A stretch of 63,955 nucleotides of DNA, the filler included, from a bacterium (GTDB taxonomy: Bacteria > JBBIVP01): assembly GCA_037439705.1 (NCBI GenBank). It is 6 parts of 6 records of this genome, joined end to end, with 100 filler letters (N's around TTAATTAATTAA, not from the genome) between each part and the next. Parts side by side here need not be neighbours in the genome. Positions count along the whole stretch, not along the records: positions 61,559 to 63,955 come from JBBIVP010000230.1; 5 more parts are not named here. One strand, given 5' to 3'. The position numbers were made by a program, and so were the translations under genes. Shown here piece by piece: positions 61,757-63,955 of this stretch. The notes beneath the pieces were generated by a model. That model worked only from the letters and a program-made list of their open reading frames with translations, was not told the DNA's origin and did not search any database. Numbering within the stretch: position 1 is the first letter of the stretch; the number at the start of each line of letters is the position of its first letter.

Positions 61757-62332
61757 TTAACGGATTCCCCGTATTATACTTTCAATTCCCAAACGGACAA
61801 GCATAATTCCTATGGAAGCCAGAAAAATGGAGATTACCTTTCCTGTTGCCTTAAGGGTTTTTTCGCCAAGGAAACTGAAGATATTCTCTGAAAACTTCAT
61901 TATTAAAAAAAGAAGGAACAAATTTAAAAGAAAGGATATTGAGGTTACAAAAACTCCGAAAAGGTCATTGAGAAGAAGAATTGTGGTCAAAGTTGCGGGT
62001 CCCACAATGAGAGGAACTCCCAAAGGAACAACTCCTGCATCCTTGAGCATTCCGAATTTTCTTTCAACAAATATGTCATTAATGGCGAGGACAAAAAGGA
62101 TTATTCCACCTGCAATCTGAAAATCCGAGACCCTTATCCTCAATGCTCTCAGAATACCGCTGCCAAAAAAAATAAAAGAAAATCCAACCGCTCCTGCTGT
62201 AAAGAGACTCTGGTAAATTATTTTTTTCTTCTTTGTTTCTCTTCCTGAGAATTCAATAAAAAACGGAAGAATGCCAATCGGGTCTATAGCAACAAAAATG
62301 GATATGAATGAAAAAAATAGATTTTTATTCAT
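61757..62332 (-). CDS. MarC family membrane protein
   Basis: DPIG..PFF, FQIAGGIIL, VVPLGVPLIVGPA; start reset to ATG 62332. Confidence 0.9.
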   Translation of the reverse strand: MNKNLFFSFISIFVAIDPIGILPFFIEFSGRETKKKKIIYQSLFTAGAVGFSFIFFGSGILRALRIRVSDFQIAGGIILFVLAINDIFVERKFGMLKDAGVVPLGVPLIVGPATLTTILLLNDLFGVFVTSISFLLNLFLLFLIMKFSENIFSFLGEKTLKATGKVISIFLASIGIMLVRLGIESIIRGIR

Positions 62333-63767
62333 TGGAAATGCAATTGCATTCTGCAATCTCTCCGAGAGCATCTCCACCGTTCAAACTTCTCTGAAGCCCT
62401 TTTTCATAATCAACCCTGTATAAACCAAATCTTATATTAAAACTCCCCCATTCCCAGTTATCGGTTAACGACCAGTAGAGATATCCACGAACCTCTACCC
62501 CTTCTTTAATAGCCCTTGCAACATTCCGAACGCTTTCCCTTATAAATTTTCTTCTTTTTTCAGCATCATCAGTCGCTATCCCGGTTTCTGTCACAAGTAC
62601 TGGCATCTTATATCTTCCATAAAGCTCTTTCAAAACCCTGTATATTCCCTCAGGATATATTTCATATCCCGCATCGGAAATATCTCCTTCTATTGCTGGA
62701 CAACCTAAAAAACCTCTCAGGTCAATTCCCCTGAAAGAAGGGCATGGAAATGCAGAGATTGGTGGAGGAAGAACTGGAAGGGGGACAACAAACCACCTGT
62801 TGTAGTGATTCAATCCTATGAAATCTAATGTTCCTTTCCATTCTTCCCTTACATCATCCGGAACTCCATCAAGGTCTTCGTCAAATTCTCCCCTGATAAG
62901 GGAATCAAGAAGATTATAGGTATAAAACTGCTTTAATCTCCTTACAGCCTCCAGATTTTCAGGGTCTTCTGGCCGCGCAGGTTCCCATACAGAAACACTT
63001 TCAGGAAGACCTACTAAAGCAGAAATTCCATCGCCATCTGAGTCGTATATATCAATTTCCTTAATTCTTTTGAACGCCCTCGCGTGGGCTGTTATTATGT
63101 TTTTAAGAACTTTGTAAGCAACATTATAAATTCCATCGGTTGAAATGTTCAATTTTCCAGGAGGAAATATACCGAGCATATAACCTGATAGAACAATAAC
63201 GATTGGTTCATTGATGGTAAGATATATGTCAACATCCTTCCCAAACTCTTCAGCAATTTTTCCGGCGTATTCTACAAATTCATCCACTATTTGGGGATTT
63301 TCCCATCCTCCTATATCATCAACAGGATTTTCACGGTCAAGGTTCAAAACCCATACTGGATTGGTAAAATGATGAAGGGTAAGGACCGGCTTCATTCCTC
63401 TATTTTTAATCGCCTCAATTACCCTTCTGTAATGCTCTATCTCCTCTTCATTCCATCTGTCCCTTTCCGGTTCAACCCTGCTCCATTCAACCGAAAACCT
63501 CAAGGAATTCAAATGAAGAGCCCTTGCAAGGTCAGCATCTTTTTCATAGAGTTCATAAAAATTTACTGCCCTTCCACATGGCTCCTCTATGTAAAACTTT
63601 GTAAATTTTTTCTTTTCCCACTGATACCAGTCGTTGTTAAAATTTCCTCCTTCAGTTTGATAGGAAGAACCGCCTGCTCCCCAGATAAATCCATCAGGAA
63701 AATAAAATACCTCCTCCCTTTCACAGAAAAGAAAAAGTAAAAGAAAAAATGGAACTGATTTCTTCAT
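62325..63767 (-). CDS. Glycoside hydrolase family 1 with signal peptide
   Basis: FIWG...YQTEG, RFSVEWSR, TINEP, VTETG, DNWEW. Confidence 0.92.
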   Translation of the reverse strand: MKKSVPFFLLLFLFCEREEVFYFPDGFIWGAGGSSYQTEGGNFNNDWYQWEKKKFTKFYIEEPCGRAVNFYELYEKDADLARALHLNSLRFSVEWSRVEPERDRWNEEEIEHYRRVIEAIKNRGMKPVLTLHHFTNPVWVLNLDRENPVDDIGGWENPQIVDEFVEYAGKIAEEFGKDVDIYLTINEPIVIVLSGYMLGIFPPGKLNISTDGIYNVAYKVLKNIITAHARAFKRIKEIDIYDSDGDGISALVGLPESVSVWEPARPEDPENLEAVRRLKQFYTYNLLDSLIRGEFDEDLDGVPDDVREEWKGTLDFIGLNHYNRWFVVPLPVLPPPISAFPCPSFRGIDLRGFLGCPAIEGDISDAGYEIYPEGIYRVLKELYGRYKMPVLVTETGIATDDAEKRRKFIRESVRNVARAIKEGVEVRGYLYWSLTDNWEWGSFNIRFGLYRVDYEKGLQRSLNGGDALGEIAECNCISNE

Positions 63768-63831
63768 AATGTTTTCATAATATCAATTTTTAAAATTTTT
63801 TTAAAGGCGTAATATAAAAAAATCCGACCGC

Positions 63832-63859
63832 TTGACCAATTTTTTTCTTTTATTATAAT
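63832..63859 (+). promoter_or_regulatory. Putative sigma70 promoter
   Basis: TTGACC-16-TATAAT, followed by SD AAGGAGG. Confidence 0.6.
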
Positions 63860-63883
63860 TATAACTTGTTTTAAGGAGGCAAA

Positions 63884-63955
63884 ATGACGAAGGCAGACAT
63901 AGCAGAGGCATTGAGCCAAAAGATGGGATTTCCCAACAAAGATTGTTATGAATTT
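63884..63955 (+). CDS. HU/IHF family DNA-binding protein (IHF alpha-like), cut by window end
   Basis: MTKADIAEALSQKMGFPNKD after SD AAGGAGG. Confidence 0.8.
   Translation, partial: MTKADIAEALSQKMGFPNKDCYEF

Overview
This is an AT-rich bacterial draft (MAG-like) sequence. It consists of six contig pieces joined by an artificial 100-bp spacer (44 N + TTAATTAATTAA + 44 N) at 12575, 25103, 37496, 49734 and 61459. The complete contigs shrink in order (12428, 12293, 12138, 11625 bp), so adjacency across spacers is meaningless. The gene content suggests a Gram-negative, probably anaerobic deltaproteobacterium-like organism (inference). Most genes are housekeeping or metabolic: rng and a TIGR03960-type radical SAM gene, hom, ftsEX-envC-ctpA-coaE, split transketolase, kdsB-pyrG-kdsA-fabH-rimI-pyrK-pyrD, carB-greA-recG, queH, ilvE, rpsU, lpxL-like, GH1 and ihfA-like. 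The accessory parts are more interesting. (1) A decayed defence island at about 46950-49730 holds an intact XRE-Panacea/RelE-like toxin-antitoxin pair, an hsdS tail, a truncated Mrr-type nuclease, a 328-bp internally deleted IS1634-like element and an attC-like remnant. (2) A beta-class MTase plus an unknown PD-(D/E)xK nuclease are preceded by a captured dnaE 3' fragment. (3) A multiheme cytochrome c lipoprotein has a 24-bp palindrome over its promoter and sits next to an ArsR regulator. (4) Two paralogs carry altered catalytic residues. (5) Leaderless-type promoters recur. No rRNA, tRNA or CRISPR array was seen. All family calls come from motif recognition, not database searches.
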